64,000 bases of DNA from an uncultured delta proteobacterium (GCA_963775425.1 CAVZJB010000011.1:928001-992000); one strand, 5' to 3'; positions 43,257 to 59,728 are shown, numbered from the stretch's first letter. The notes: a model not told the origin generated them from the sequence alone. Numbers and translations: made by a program.

Positions 43257-43446
43257 TCAGGCGGGCCAACCCGCCGGGACGAGGTGCAGGAGCGGTTGCT
43301 GCAGCAGCGGCGCGACGACGTGGAGGATGATGTCGCCTGAGCGCGTTCATGTACGGCAGCACGCACACGGTTCCGACGACGGAGCCGGCCCAGATCGCGA
43401 CCGCGGTGCGCGAGAAGAACCGGCCGCGCTCGCCCGAGCGTGCCAC
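43257..43446 (-). pseudogene. Internally deleted CPBP (Abi/CAAX)-family protease remnant
   Basis: N-terminal AIWAGSVVGTVCVLPY joined out of frame to C-terminal GDIILHVVAPLL...WPA*. Confidence 0.5.
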
Positions 43447-43739
43447 CTTGTCAGCATAGCAACGGCGCCGCGCGGGGCTTCATGCGCGGAGCGCCGCGAC
43501 GTCACCGCCGCCACGAAGTGCAGCGTGTCCGCGCTGCGACGGGCGCATGGTTCGCGGAAGGAGCGCCGCCGGCGGGGACGGCGGCGAGGCCCTTCCCCGT
43601 ACGGCGCCCGCCACCGGCACCTTGACGGCATTGCTTGCGCCCACTCGCCCGACGCGGAAGGGCCTCGTCGCCGGTCCAGGCGGCGCGGCCCAGTCCTCTG
43701 GGGTGCAAGGTCGCGGGCGATGTATTAGGCGTCGAACCC

Positions 43740-45068
43740 ATGGGCAGCCAGCGCACGCTTCGGGCCGTCAAGGGCATGAACGACCTCTTCGAGGAGGAGC
43801 TCGCCGCGTGGCGCCATCTCGAGGACGCCGCGCGCGAGGTCTTCCTCGCGTTCGCCTACGGCGAGATCCGCACGCCTCTCGTGGAGGAGACCGAGCTGTT
43901 CGTCCGCGGCGTCGGCGAGGGCACCGACATCGTCGGCAAGGAGATGTTCCGCGTGGTGCGCGCGCCGCCCGCCGGCGGCGTCGCCCACGGCCCCGAGGAC
44001 AAGGAGAGTCTCTCGCTGCGTCCCGAGGGCACCGCCGGCGTCGTCCGCGCCATGCAGGAAAACGGCAAGCTCGTCGCCGACGCGTACCACAAGGTCTTTT
44101 ATCTGGGCCCCATGTTCCGCGCCGAGCGCCCGGCCAAGGGGCGCTACCGGCAGTTCTCGCAGCTCGGCTGCGAGGTGCTCGGCTACGCCGATCCCGCGGC
44201 CGACGTCGAGGTCATCGCCCTCGTGCAGGCGTTGCTCGAGCGCCTCGGCGTCGCCGGCGACACGCGCCTGCTCCTGTCGTCGCTCGGCGACGCCGGCCCC
44301 GATCGCCAGCGCTACAACGAGGCCCTGCGCGCCTACTTCGCTGCGCACAAAGACGCGCTCAGCGAGGACAGCCTGCGAAGGCTCGAGCAGAACCCCCTGC
44401 GAATCCTCGACAGCAAGGACGAGGGCGATCAGAAGCTCGTCGTCGACGCCCCCAAGCCCCTCGACTTCCTCTCCGAGGACGCGCGCGCCCACTTCGCCGC
44501 CGTGAAGCAAGGCCTCGACGACCTCGGCGTCGCGTACACCGTCGAGCCCAAGATCGTCCGCGGCATCGACTACTACACGCGCACCGTCTTCGAGTTCGTC
44601 GGCGAGGCCGGGCTCGGCGCGCAGTCCACCGTCGCCGCCGGCGGCCGCTACGACGGGCTCGTCGAGGAGCTCGGCGGCCGCGCCACCCCCGCCGTCGGCT
44701 TCGCCGCCGGCATCGAGCGGCTGCTCCTGATGATCGCCGCGCTCGGCAAAACGCCCCCCGCGCGCCCGTGCACGCTCATGCTCATCGCCGCCGACGACGG
44801 CGGTCGGGCGATGTGCAGAAAGCTCGCATACGCGCTCCGCCGCGCCGGCGTCCGCGTCGACGTCGATCTGCGGGCGCGGAGCGTAAAGGCCCAGATGAAG
44901 CACGCGGACAAATCCGCGGCGCTCTTTACGGCGACCGTCGGGTCGAGCGAGATTGAGCGCGGCTCGATGCCGTTGAAGACGATGGCCACCGGCGCCGTCG
45001 TTGACGTACCCCTTGTGCCCGCGGCCCTGCACCGCGAGCTGCTCGCGCGCACCTCCGAGGTTCCATGA
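43740..45068 (+). CDS. hisS: Histidine-tRNA ligase
   Basis: LRPEGTAG, GPMFRAERPAKGRYRQF, VRGIDYYT, GGRYDGL, GFAAGIER. Confidence 0.98.
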   Translation: MGSQRTLRAVKGMNDLFEEELAAWRHLEDAAREVFLAFAYGEIRTPLVEETELFVRGVGEGTDIVGKEMFRVVRAPPAGGVAHGPEDKESLSLRPEGTAGVVRAMQENGKLVADAYHKVFYLGPMFRAERPAKGRYRQFSQLGCEVLGYADPAADVEVIALVQALLERLGVAGDTRLLLSSLGDAGPDRQRYNEALRAYFAAHKDALSEDSLRRLEQNPLRILDSKDEGDQKLVVDAPKPLDFLSEDARAHFAAVKQGLDDLGVAYTVEPKIVRGIDYYTRTVFEFVGEAGLGAQSTVAAGGRYDGLVEELGGRATPAVGFAAGIERLLLMIAALGKTPPARPCTLMLIAADDGGRAMCRKLAYALRRAGVRVDVDLRARSVKAQMKHADKSAALFTATVGSSEIERGSMPLKTMATGAVVDVPLVPAALHRELLARTSEVP

Positions 45069-45724
45069 TGATTTCCCGTCTCGCCCCCATCGCCGCCGCC
45101 GTCTTCGCCGCCACCCTCGCGCACGCCGGCGGCGACACCGCGCCGGGCGTCACCGGGGGCGACGAGGGGCTCAAGCCGGGCGTTTCGGCGCCGCAGTTCA
45201 TGCTGCCGGTGGTCAACGACTTCGCCGGCGGCCGGAAATGGGGCCCGGGCAAGTGGACGGGGAGCTCCACCAAGGACGCGAAGAAGCTCGTCGTCATGAG
45301 CTTCTTCGCCACCTACTGCGAGCCCTGCAAGAAGGAGATGCCCGAGCTCGCGCGCATCTACGAGGCGTACAAGGATCAGGGGCTCGGCGTGATGCTCGTG
45401 TCCATCGACAAGGGCAACGAGCAGCGCCAGACCATCATCGACCTCGCCAAGCAGAACAAGGTCACCTTCCCCGTGATGCACGACCGCTTCCAGGTCGTCG
45501 CCCGCCGCTACTCGGCCGAGCGCCTGCCGTACATGTTGATGCTCGACAACACCGGCACCGTGAAGACCGTGCACGTCGGCTACACCGACGACGTCAAGGC
45601 CAACCTCGAAAACGAGGTCCGCGCGGGCCTCGGGCTGCCGCCGCTCGCCGCCGCCGACGCCGCTCCGCCGCCGAGCAAGAAGGCGCCGGCGAAGCACGGA
45701 CGCGCCCGCAAGGGGAAGGGCTGA
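45065..45724 (+). CDS. TlpA/ResA-family thiol-disulfide oxidoreductase
   Basis: Signal peptide; FFATYCEPCKKEMP. Confidence 0.9.
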   Translation: MMISRLAPIAAAVFAATLAHAGGDTAPGVTGGDEGLKPGVSAPQFMLPVVNDFAGGRKWGPGKWTGSSTKDAKKLVVMSFFATYCEPCKKEMPELARIYEAYKDQGLGVMLVSIDKGNEQRQTIIDLAKQNKVTFPVMHDRFQVVARRYSAERLPYMLMLDNTGTVKTVHVGYTDDVKANLENEVRAGLGLPPLAAADAAPPPSKKAPAKHGRARKGKG

Positions 45725-45725
45725 G

Positions 45726-46262
45726 ATGCTCGGGCTCGCGCTCGCGTTCTCCATCGCCGCCGCTCCCGCCGCCGCCGACGATCGCACGCTGGTCTTCGTC
45801 GACGACGTCCAGGCCGCCGACAAGGCCCTCGGCCCCGACGCCACCGCGCTCACCACGGCCCTGTGCGCCGCCATCGGCAAGGACAAGCGCTTCGACGTCC
45901 TGTGCGCGCCCGACGTCAAGCAGATCCTGAGCTTCGCCGCCACCGCCGCCATGGTCGGCACCAGCGGCGATGGCCCCGGCGGCGCCATCCAGAAGCGCCT
46001 CGATCACGCCAAGGACGTCGTGAGCGCGTTGTTCAAGAGAGAGGGCGGCAAGTACGTCCTCGTCATCAAGGCGGGCCCCAAGGCAGCCGGGGCGCCGGCC
46101 ACCGCCCTGTACTCCGACAAGGCCGTGATCGCCCTCGAGGAGAAGGGCGACAACCCGCGCGCCATCCTCGACAAGATGCCCGCGCTGGCCGCGCGCGTCA
46201 GCGCCGCGCTCTTGCCGGCGGCCGCCACGCCGCCGCCGCCGCCCGCGCCCCTCAAGCGGTAG
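45726..46262 (+). CDS. Secreted hypothetical protein
   Basis: Signal peptide; ALCAAIGKDKRFDVLCAPDVKQIL, loosely similar to the 41479 protein. Confidence 0.7.
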   Translation: MLGLALAFSIAAAPAAADDRTLVFVDDVQAADKALGPDATALTTALCAAIGKDKRFDVLCAPDVKQILSFAATAAMVGTSGDGPGGAIQKRLDHAKDVVSALFKREGGKYVLVIKAGPKAAGAPATALYSDKAVIALEEKGDNPRAILDKMPALAARVSAALLPAAATPPPPPAPLKR

Positions 46263-46380
46263 CGGGCCACACGCCCCTTGGCTGGTTTCGATGCAGCGAG
46301 CCGCGCGCCCTTGAGCGCCGCACAAGCGAAGTCGTACGACTGTACGGCAGCGAATCATCATCGCTGAAAAGGAGCCTGAA

Positions 46381-46893
46381 ATGCGCGTCGTCGTGCTCGC
46401 TTGCGTCGGTCTCGTCGCGGGATGCGGTCTGGATTTGTCGCAGCTCGGTGACCTCGCCAACAAGGACAAGGGCGGCGATGACCCGGGCGGCGTGTCCCAG
46501 GGGATCGGCAATTGCGACGCCGCGGCAAACGTCGCCCAACAGCTCGCGTCGACGGCGGACCCGGGACCGCCGCCTGCGATGACCGGCGGCACCATCGTCG
46601 ACGGGACCTACGCCCAGACGGCGCACGTCTATTACGAAAACGACGCGAACTCGAGCAACGACGCGGAGACCCTCGTCTTCGCCAACGGCACCGTGAAGCA
46701 AATCGCCTCGGACAACGGCGGTCCCGACCAGATCGTCGGGGGGACGGTGACCACGTCGGGCAACGCGCTCACCTTCACCCTGGTCTGCCCGCAAGCGCTG
46801 ACCATCGACGGCACCTACACCGCGACGGACACTACGTTCACCTTCATTCGCTCCGACGACCCGGATCGAGTGGTGACGTTCACCAAGCAGTAG
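46381..46893 (+). CDS. Lipoprotein, beta-barrel-like hypothetical
   Basis: AAGGAG RBS; lipobox VAGC; PPPAMTGGTIVDGTY. Confidence 0.8.
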   Translation: MRVVVLACVGLVAGCGLDLSQLGDLANKDKGGDDPGGVSQGIGNCDAAANVAQQLASTADPGPPPAMTGGTIVDGTYAQTAHVYYENDANSSNDAETLVFANGTVKQIASDNGGPDQIVGGTVTTSGNALTFTLVCPQALTIDGTYTATDTTFTFIRSDDPDRVVTFTKQ

Positions 46894-46899
46894 CCGGGC

Positions 46900-46929
46900 A
46901 AAAAAACAACCCCGCCGGGGGGCGGGGTG
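46900..46929 (-). terminator. Rho-independent terminator downstream of tRNA-Leu
   Basis: Minus strand reads ACCCCGCC-loop-GGCGGGGT then TGTTTTTTT. Confidence 0.85.
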
Positions 46930-46931
46930 TC

Positions 46932-47016
46932 TGGTGCGCGGAGGGAGACTCGAACTCCCATGCCTCGCGGCGCTACCACCTCAAGATAGTGTGTCTACCA
47001 GTTCCACCACCCGCGC
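46932..47016 (-). tRNA. tRNA-Leu (anticodon GAG)
   Basis: GCGCGGGTGGTGGAACTGGTAGACACACTATCTTGAGGTGGTAGCGCCGCGAGGCATGGGAGTTCGAGTCTCCCTCCGCGCACCA: acceptor stem, long variable arm, TTCGA loop, CCA end. Confidence 0.97.
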
Positions 47017-47081
47017 GCGGCCAGAGCGCGATAACTGCCGCAGCTTCGTTCAGAAAGCAAGGGCGTAGTCGCCGGTCGAAC

Positions 47082-47633
47082 CTACGGAGCCTTCGCGGGG
47101 GCCGGCGCGGGCGCCGCGTCCGAGGAGGGGGCGCTGTCCGCGGGCTCCGCGGGGGCGGCGTCGTCATCGGCGTCCGCGTCGTCGGCCTTGGCGTCGTCCG
47201 TGCCCTTGGCGTCGTCGGCCTTGGCGTCGTCCGTGCCCTTGGCGTCGTCGGCGGGCTTGGCGTCGTCGGCGGGCTTGGCGTCCCCGGTGGCCGCGGGGGC
47301 GGCCTTGTCACCGGTGGCGGCGCCGTCGTCGGCCTTGTCGTCGCCCTTCTTCTTGTCGCCGTCCTTTTGTGTGGCGACGGCCTTGGTCTTCATCACCGAG
47401 GTGGTGTGGGACACGAAGTAGCTGAGCGAGATGGAGGTGATCATGAAGACCACCGCCGACGCCGCCGTGAGCTTGGCGAGGAAGGTGTTGGCGCCGCGGC
47501 CGCCGAACACCGTCTGACCGCCCGCGCCGCCGAACGCCGCGCCCATACCTCCCCGCGCGCCGGGCTGAAGCAGCACGAAGAGAATGAGGAAGAGGGACAC
47601 GAGGACGTGCAGGATGATCAAAAAGGCGGTCAT
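47082..47633 (-). CDS. secG: Preprotein translocase SecG with long acidic C-terminal tail
   Basis: ILFVLLQPG..GGMGAAFGG...FLAKLT; lies between tpiA and tRNA-Leu. Confidence 0.95.
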   Translation of the reverse strand: MTAFLIILHVLVSLFLILFVLLQPGARGGMGAAFGGAGGQTVFGGRGANTFLAKLTAASAVVFMITSISLSYFVSHTTSVMKTKAVATQKDGDKKKGDDKADDGAATGDKAAPAATGDAKPADDAKPADDAKGTDDAKADDAKGTDDAKADDADADDDAAPAEPADSAPSSDAAPAPAPAKAP

Positions 47634-47675
47634 GGCCGCTGTGGTCTACGAGCCCCGTCGCTCGACGGCAAGCCC

Positions 47676-47771
47676 CGTCAGACCCGCGCCCGTCAGACCC
47701 GCGCCCGTCAGACCCGCGCGCCAGACCCGCGCCCGCCAGACCCGCAGCGTCAGACCCGCCGTCAGACCCGG
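47676..47771. repeat. Seven degenerate tandem copies of a CAGACCCG core; the last overlaps the tpiA stop
   Basis: cgtcagacccgcgcc and variants. Confidence 0.85.
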
Positions 47772-48529
47772 CCCAGCCCGGCCTCGGCGATCCGGAGCAG
47801 GCTCTCGGCCTCCAGGCTCGCCCCGCCCACCAGGGCCCCGTCGACGTCCGGCTCCGCCAGCAGCTCGGCGGCGTTGTCCGGCTTGACGCTGCCGCCGTAT
47901 TGGAGGCGGACCAGGGCAGCCTTGTCGCCGAAGTGCTTGTCGAGGAGCTTGCGGATGAGGGCGTGGACCTCCTGCGCCTGCGTCGGCGTGGCGTTCTTGC
48001 CGGTGCCGATGGCCCAGACGGGCTCGTAGGCGAGCACCAGGCGGGCGACCTCGTCGGCCTTGACGACGTCGAGGATGGCCTCCGTCTCGTGGGTCACCAC
48101 GCTCACCATCTTGCCGTTTTCGCGTTGCGCGAGGGTCTCCCCGACGCACGCGATGGGGACGATGCCGGCGTCGAGGGCGGCGCGGACGCGCTTGGGAACC
48201 GTGGTGTTGTCGTCGCCGAACATCGCGCGGCGCTCGCTGTGCCCGCAGATGGCGTGGGTGACGCCGAGCTCCTTGAGGTGCGCGGCGCTCCACTCGCCGG
48301 TGAACGCGCCCTTCTCGGCCCAGTGGACGTTTTGCGCGCAGATGGCGAGGGCGCTGCCGCGCGCGGCCTCGCACGCCGCGAACAGCGTGGTGGCGACGGG
48401 CGCGACGGCCAGCTCGACCTTGCCCTGCAGCCTGCCGATGCCGGCGACGAGGGCTTCCACCTGGCGGCGCGTGGCGTCGACGCCGAGGTGCATCTTCCAA
48501 TTGCCGCAGACGAAGGGGGTGCGCGCCAT
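47762..48529 (-). CDS. tpiA: Triosephosphate isomerase
   Basis: GNWKM, GAFTGE, GHSERR, AYEPVWAIGTG, YGGSVK, DGALVGGASL. Confidence 0.98.
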   Translation of the reverse strand: MARTPFVCGNWKMHLGVDATRRQVEALVAGIGRLQGKVELAVAPVATTLFAACEAARGSALAICAQNVHWAEKGAFTGEWSAAHLKELGVTHAICGHSERRAMFGDDNTTVPKRVRAALDAGIVPIACVGETLAQRENGKMVSVVTHETEAILDVVKADEVARLVLAYEPVWAIGTGKNATPTQAQEVHALIRKLLDKHFGDKAALVRLQYGGSVKPDNAAELLAEPDVDGALVGGASLEAESLLRIAEAGLGRV

Positions 48530-48697
48530 GTCGAGAGCCTCCGGGGAGCTGGATGCGCCTACCGCGCGGCCGATGCAACTGCCCCCCGTGGCGCCAGGGG
48601 GCGACGCCTGCACACATCCCGGGACGTCGGCTCCTGCCGAGGCGCGCACACCGCCTCGCGACGGCGTCATGCGCGAGGTTTGGGCTACGATCCATTC

Positions 48698-50575
<1,878 letters not shown>

Positions 50576-50583
50576 GGTCCACC

Positions 50584-51221
50584 ATGCGCTGCGCCGCCCT
50601 CCTCGCCCTCTCGCTCGCCGTCGCTCCCGCGGCGCGTGCCGACGACGCGACGGCGCGCGCCAAGAAGGCCTTCGAGGCGGCCACGGCGGCCTTCGAACGT
50701 GGTCGCTACGACGTGGCGCTCGCCGGCTACACCGAGGCCTACGGCGACAAGCCCCTGCCGGCGTTCCTCTTCAACATCGGCCTGTGCCATCGAAAGCTCG
50801 GCCACCACGACGAGGCCGTCGACTTCTTCACGCGCTACCTCGAGGCGCAACCCAAGGCGAAGAACCGCGCCGACGTCGCTGCCATGCTCGCCGAGGAAGA
50901 GAAGCTCCTGCGTGCAGCCCCGCCCCACCCCCCGGGGGTGGCGCCGCCCGGCGAGGCCGCGCACGCGCCGGCGAGCCCGGAGACGACCACCGCAGCGCCG
51001 GCGAGCCCTGCGCCGTCGGAGGGCCAGCCCGCGCGCGCGGGTCCGGCGAGCGAGGACGCGGCGCCGAGCCCCGACGGCGACGGCGGCGACAACCTCATGC
51101 CCTGGCTCGTCGGCGGCGGCGTCGCCACCGCGCTCGCCGTCGGCGCGGCGGTCACCGTCGCGCTCGTGGCCACCGCCAAACCGGCGCCGGTGGCCACCAT
51201 CGACCTGCGCGGAGCGACCCC

Positions 51222-51225
<4 letters not shown>
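50584..51225 (+). CDS. Secreted TPR protein
   Basis: Signal peptide; AKKAFEAA...FLFNIGLCHRKLG...FTRYL; C-terminal hydrophobic helix. Confidence 0.88.
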
Positions 51226-54329
<3,104 letters not shown>

Positions 54330-54392
54330 GCGCCCCTTCTGCGGGGGGTTCCGTGCTAGACCGCCGCCTCCACTGAGATCCAGGAGATCATC

Positions 54393-55262
54393 ATGCAGAA
54401 AATTCTCGTCACCGGTGCCACCGGCAACGTCGCCCAGAACGTCATCAAGCAGCTCCGCGGCCAGAACCTCGACGTGCGCTGCCTCGTGCGCAGCGAGGGC
54501 AAGGGCGAGGCGCTCAAGGCCGCCGGCTGCGAGCTCGCCGTCGGTGACTTCACCGACAAGGCGTCGCTCGTGAAGGCGCTCGACGGCGTCGACACCGTGT
54601 TCCTCGTGACCCCGATGCACGAAGACGCCGCCACCTGGGCGGGCAACGTCATCGAGGCCGCGCAGCACCTGAGCCACAAGCCGCGCGTCGTGCGCCTGTC
54701 CGCGTTCGCGTCGTCGGTGGACGGCCCCACGGACAACAGCAAGCTCCACGGCCACACCAATCACCTGCTCGCCGTCTCGGGCCTGCCGTACTGCATCCTG
54801 CAGCCGAGCTTCTTCATGCAGAACATGTTCATGAGCGGCCAGTCCATCGCCAAGGACGGCTCCATGCTCTGGGGCATGGGCGACGCCAAGCTCGGGCTCA
54901 TCGACGTGCGCGACATCGCCGACGTGGCCGTCAAGGTCCTCGTCGACCACTCGTGGGACTTCGGCACCTACGTGCTCACGGGCCCCGAGGCGCTGTCGTT
55001 CCACGACGTCGCCACCTGCCTCACCACCGTGCTCGGCAAGGAAGTGAAGTACGTGCCGGTGGCGGTTGACGCCGTCGCCAAGGGCGCCAAGGAGATGGGC
55101 ATGAGCGCGTGGGGCGCCAACGTGATCAAGGACTACTCGACGTTCTACGGCGCCGACAAGGCGTCCTTCATCACGTCGTTCGTCGAGAAGATCGCGGGCC
55201 ACAAGCCGCGCTCGTTCGACGTGTTCGCCAAGGAAGTGCTCGCGCCGGCCTTCCAGCGCTGA
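54393..55262 (+). CDS. NmrA-family/atypical SDR oxidoreductase
   Basis: ILVTGATGNVA; QPSFFMQN; IDVRDIADVA; LTGPEALS. Confidence 0.9.
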   Translation: MQKILVTGATGNVAQNVIKQLRGQNLDVRCLVRSEGKGEALKAAGCELAVGDFTDKASLVKALDGVDTVFLVTPMHEDAATWAGNVIEAAQHLSHKPRVVRLSAFASSVDGPTDNSKLHGHTNHLLAVSGLPYCILQPSFFMQNMFMSGQSIAKDGSMLWGMGDAKLGLIDVRDIADVAVKVLVDHSWDFGTYVLTGPEALSFHDVATCLTTVLGKEVKYVPVAVDAVAKGAKEMGMSAWGANVIKDYSTFYGADKASFITSFVEKIAGHKPRSFDVFAKEVLAPAFQR

Positions 55263-55377
55263 TCTGCGCGGTGTGACGACATCCGCGGCGGAAGGACGTT
55301 GCGTCGTTGACGACGCCGACGTGCCCCGCCGCGGATGTCGCCTTGTTCGAGCCGCGGTCGGCCGCTACCCTGGCGTC

Positions 55378-55812
55378 GTGGACGTCGAAGAGCAGAGCGT
55401 TCGCGGCAAGCCCCGCGGGGTGTTCCTCGGGGGCTTCTTCGTGTTGTGCCTCGCGATCGCCGTGATCATGGCCTTCGCCACGGTTTTCAGCGTCACGCTC
55501 TCGCTGTCCGCCCCGCACCGACCTGACGAGCCCGTGGTGGCGCGCACGCTGCTCGTCGGCACGGTCAGCTTGGCGATCTGCGCGTTCTTCGCTCTGGTCT
55601 CAAAGCGCATCTTCGACGAGTGGCGGGGACGCAGCGTCGCGCACGTCATCCCCCCCGCGCTGACAGTGCCGATCGCGTTCGCGCTCGGCGCCGGGGGCCT
55701 CGCGGCGTCATTTGCCTCGGACCGCCCCACGTATGGCGTGGGAGCGAGTGTCATCTTCATCGGCTACGCGGTCATGGCCACGTGGCGCTGGATCAAGAAG
55801 AAGCGCGCATGA
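55378..55812 (+). CDS. Four-TM hypothetical membrane protein
   Basis: Four hydrophobic segments; start uncertain. Confidence 0.6.
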   Translation: MDVEEQSVRGKPRGVFLGGFFVLCLAIAVIMAFATVFSVTLSLSAPHRPDEPVVARTLLVGTVSLAICAFFALVSKRIFDEWRGRSVAHVIPPALTVPIAFALGAGGLAASFASDRPTYGVGASVIFIGYAVMATWRWIKKKRA

Positions 55813-55836
55813 GCGGCGCCTCCTCCCTCGCGGCGC

Positions 55837-56280
55837 TCACGCCTTGTTGAGCAGGTCCCGGATCTCGGTCAGCAACACGACGTCGGCCGGTGGAGGGGGA
55901 GGCTCTGCGGGAGCAGCAGCGGCCTCCTCCTTGGCCATGCGCTCCTTCAGGTGGTTCACGCCGCGCACCACGAGGAACACGGCGAACGCCAGAACCAGCG
56001 TGTTGACCAACACCGTGGCGAACGCGCCGTAGCCGAGCACGACGGCGCCGGCGAGCTTGCGGGCCTCGGCGAGCGGGGTCCCCGGCTCTACCGTCCCCTT
56101 GAGAATGACGTAGCTGTTCGAGAAGTCGGACTTCCCGATGAGGCCCGTGAGCGGGACGATGAGCTCGTTGACGAACGACTTGAGGATCGTCGTCATCGCG
56201 CTGCCGATGATGATGCCGACGGCGAGGTCGATGGCGCTGCCCTTGCCGATGAAGTCGCGGAAGTCTTTCCACAGAGACAT
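55837..56280 (-). CDS. mscL: Large-conductance mechanosensitive channel
   Basis: DFRDFIGKGSAIDLAVGIIIG; YGAF; LLTEIRDLL; GGAGGG RBS. Confidence 0.95.
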   Translation of the reverse strand: MSLWKDFRDFIGKGSAIDLAVGIIIGSAMTTILKSFVNELIVPLTGLIGKSDFSNSYVILKGTVEPGTPLAEARKLAGAVVLGYGAFATVLVNTLVLAFAVFLVVRGVNHLKERMAKEEAAAAPAEPPPPPADVVLLTEIRDLLNKA

Positions 56281-56292
56281 GTCACCCTCCAA

Positions 56293-57691
<1,399 letters not shown>

Positions 57692-57704
57692 CGTGTCCTC
57701 GCGC

Positions 57705-58691
57705 TCAGAAGAGCTTGTAGGAGAGCAACACCGACGTCGCGATGTCATAGTTGGTGTACGCGTTGCGTCGCGCGATGGCGCCGTTGTCCCAGGCGGCGTT
57801 CAGCGTGACGCCGATGCTGAGGCTCTGGTTCAAGCTCACGTTCAGCGTGTTGGTCCACGCCGCGATGGTCGCCTCGCCGAGGCCGAGCTTGTTGTCGCCG
57901 CCGCCGAGGCGCGCCTTCTCGAAGGGCGCGTCCACCGACGGGAAGATGTTGGGGATGATCTCGAGCGTGGTGGTGTAGCTGACGTTGTCCGACAGCGCGT
58001 TGGTGTACGCCAACGCGAAGCGCGCGCCGATGGTGCCGGTCTCTTCGAGCTGCGTGTCGTCGTAGATGTCGACGCGGCCGTCCTTGTTGGTGTCGACGCC
58101 GACGGGCGTGTCATCGATGGTGTAGACGACGCCGGCCTCGCCGGAGAGCGAGTGCTTCTTCAGGTTGAAGAAGTAGTGCCGGTATCCGAGCTCGCCGCGC
58201 AGGCGCGCGAGCAGGTTGGCGGCGGAGTCGTGGAACACGAGGGCGGCGACGTAGAGCGAGTCGTTTTCGGCGAGGAAGTAGTCGTAGCGCAGCTTGGCGC
58301 CCGCCACGGTGGCCGCGCGGTTGTTCGGGTCGAACAGCGGCAGGCCGTAGCCGTTGGACGGATCGCCGTCGGGGTCCTGCGCCACCGACGTGAGCCCGGC
58401 CGCGAGCTCCACGCGGAAGCCGTGCTGGAGGACCCGCGCCTGGTAGTAGCCGCCGGCGCGCCCGGCGGCGGAGGAGGTGTTGCCGTCGTTGAAGAGGATG
58501 CCGAGCGAGACCTGCGCCTCCTGCGACAGCGTCGACGACACCTTGGGCGGCGGCGCGGCGACGGCCTCCTGCGGCTTGGCCTTGTCGACCTTGGACGGGT
58601 CGAGGTCTTCGACCTGCGCGCGCGCCGACAGCGCGGACGCGAAGACGAGAGTGACGAGCACGGGGTGGGAGAGCATGGGCGACATCGGCAT
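57705..58691 (-). CDS. DUF481-like outer-membrane beta-barrel protein
   Basis: Signal peptide; NDGNT; LRYDYFL; ELGYRHYF; ends LSYKLF. Confidence 0.75.
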   Translation of the reverse strand: MPMSPMLSHPVLVTLVFASALSARAQVEDLDPSKVDKAKPQEAVAAPPPKVSSTLSQEAQVSLGILFNDGNTSSAAGRAGGYYQARVLQHGFRVELAAGLTSVAQDPDGDPSNGYGLPLFDPNNRAATVAGAKLRYDYFLAENDSLYVAALVFHDSAANLLARLRGELGYRHYFFNLKKHSLSGEAGVVYTIDDTPVGVDTNKDGRVDIYDDTQLEETGTIGARFALAYTNALSDNVSYTTTLEIIPNIFPSVDAPFEKARLGGGDNKLGLGEATIAAWTNTLNVSLNQSLSIGVTLNAAWDNGAIARRNAYTNYDIATSVLLSYKLF

Positions 58692-58850
58692 CCTTCCCTG
58701 ACGAGCGCGCGGGTAGACCCGCAGGCGCCAGTTTCGTCAACCACGTCCGCGCTCCGGTTGCGGGGTGGCAGGCGGCGCGCGTGCGGCGCTGATCTGCTGT
58801 AATGGTCCGCCCCGCGGGGCGTTTCATCAGCAATTCGTGAGGGGAAGCGC

Positions 58851-59426
58851 GTGGACGACCGCTGGGCTGCCGATGCCGACGAGATGACCGCCGTGGCGCG
58901 CGGCGACGACGTCGCGTTCACGCGGCTGTATCGCAGCCACCACCCGCGCGTCTTCCGCGTGGCCTGCGGCATCCTCGGTGATCGCGAGGCTGCCCGGGAC
59001 GTCGCCCACGACGCCTTCCTCAAGCTCCTCGCCGTCGCGCCGCGCTGGGAGCCGCGGGCGCGCGTGGACACGTGGCTCCATAAGGTCACGGTGAACGCGT
59101 GCCTGTCCTGGCGGCGACGCCTCGTGCGCGCGCTGGTCCCGATGCCGGTGGCCGAGGCGAAGAGCGCCGTCGACGTCGTCGCCGACCGCGAGGCGCGCGA
59201 GCAGACCCGGCGAGCGCTCGCGCATCTCTCGGCGCGCGACCGCGCGCTCGTCGTGCTGCACCTCGATCAGGACCTCGCGGCCCACGAGATCGCTCCGCTC
59301 GTCGGGCTGACCGACAACGCCGCCCGCGTCGCGCTCCACCGCGCGCTCGAACGCGTGCGCCGTCATTTGCCCGGGGAGGCGTCGTCGGGCGCCGCCGCGG
59401 CTGATCCGCGAAGGGTGCTGCCATGA
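58851..59426 (+). CDS. ECF sigma-70 factor
   Basis: AFTRLY..H; ARDVAHDAFLKL; TWLHKVTVN; EIA...RVALHRA. Confidence 0.92.
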   Translation: MDDRWAADADEMTAVARGDDVAFTRLYRSHHPRVFRVACGILGDREAARDVAHDAFLKLLAVAPRWEPRARVDTWLHKVTVNACLSWRRRLVRALVPMPVAEAKSAVDVVADREAREQTRRALAHLSARDRALVVLHLDQDLAAHEIAPLVGLTDNAARVALHRALERVRRHLPGEASSGAAAADPRRVLP

Positions 59427-59728
59427 ACGATCTGAAGGCGCGCGTGCAAACGCTCCTCGACGCCGAGATGCCCACTGCGCGCGAGGGTGACAGCGACCTC
59501 GCCCTCCTCCTCGCCCGAACGCGTCGTCACCGCGGGCTCGTGTGGGGCTCCGCCGTGCCGGCTGCGCTCGCCACCGCCGCCGTCGTCGCCTTCGTGGTCG
59601 TACGTGGCCACACGCCGCTGGAGCACAACCGCGACGAGCCGCTCTACATCTCCGTCGCCGACGCCGGCGATCCGCAGTCCGCCGTCATCATCGATCTCCG
59701 GTTGTCACCGCAGCGCAAAGGAAGATGA
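59423..59728 (+). CDS. Small single-TM putative anti-sigma factor
   Basis: ATGA overlap with the sigma gene; one TM helix. Confidence 0.7.
   Translation: MNDLKARVQTLLDAEMPTAREGDSDLALLLARTRRHRGLVWGSAVPAALATAAVVAFVVVRGHTPLEHNRDEPLYISVADAGDPQSAVIIDLRLSPQRKGR

Noticed and set aside
46262-46931. Genomic island at the tRNA-Leu 3' end
   Set aside because: No integrase and no duplicated tRNA 3' end seen; hisS lies close by
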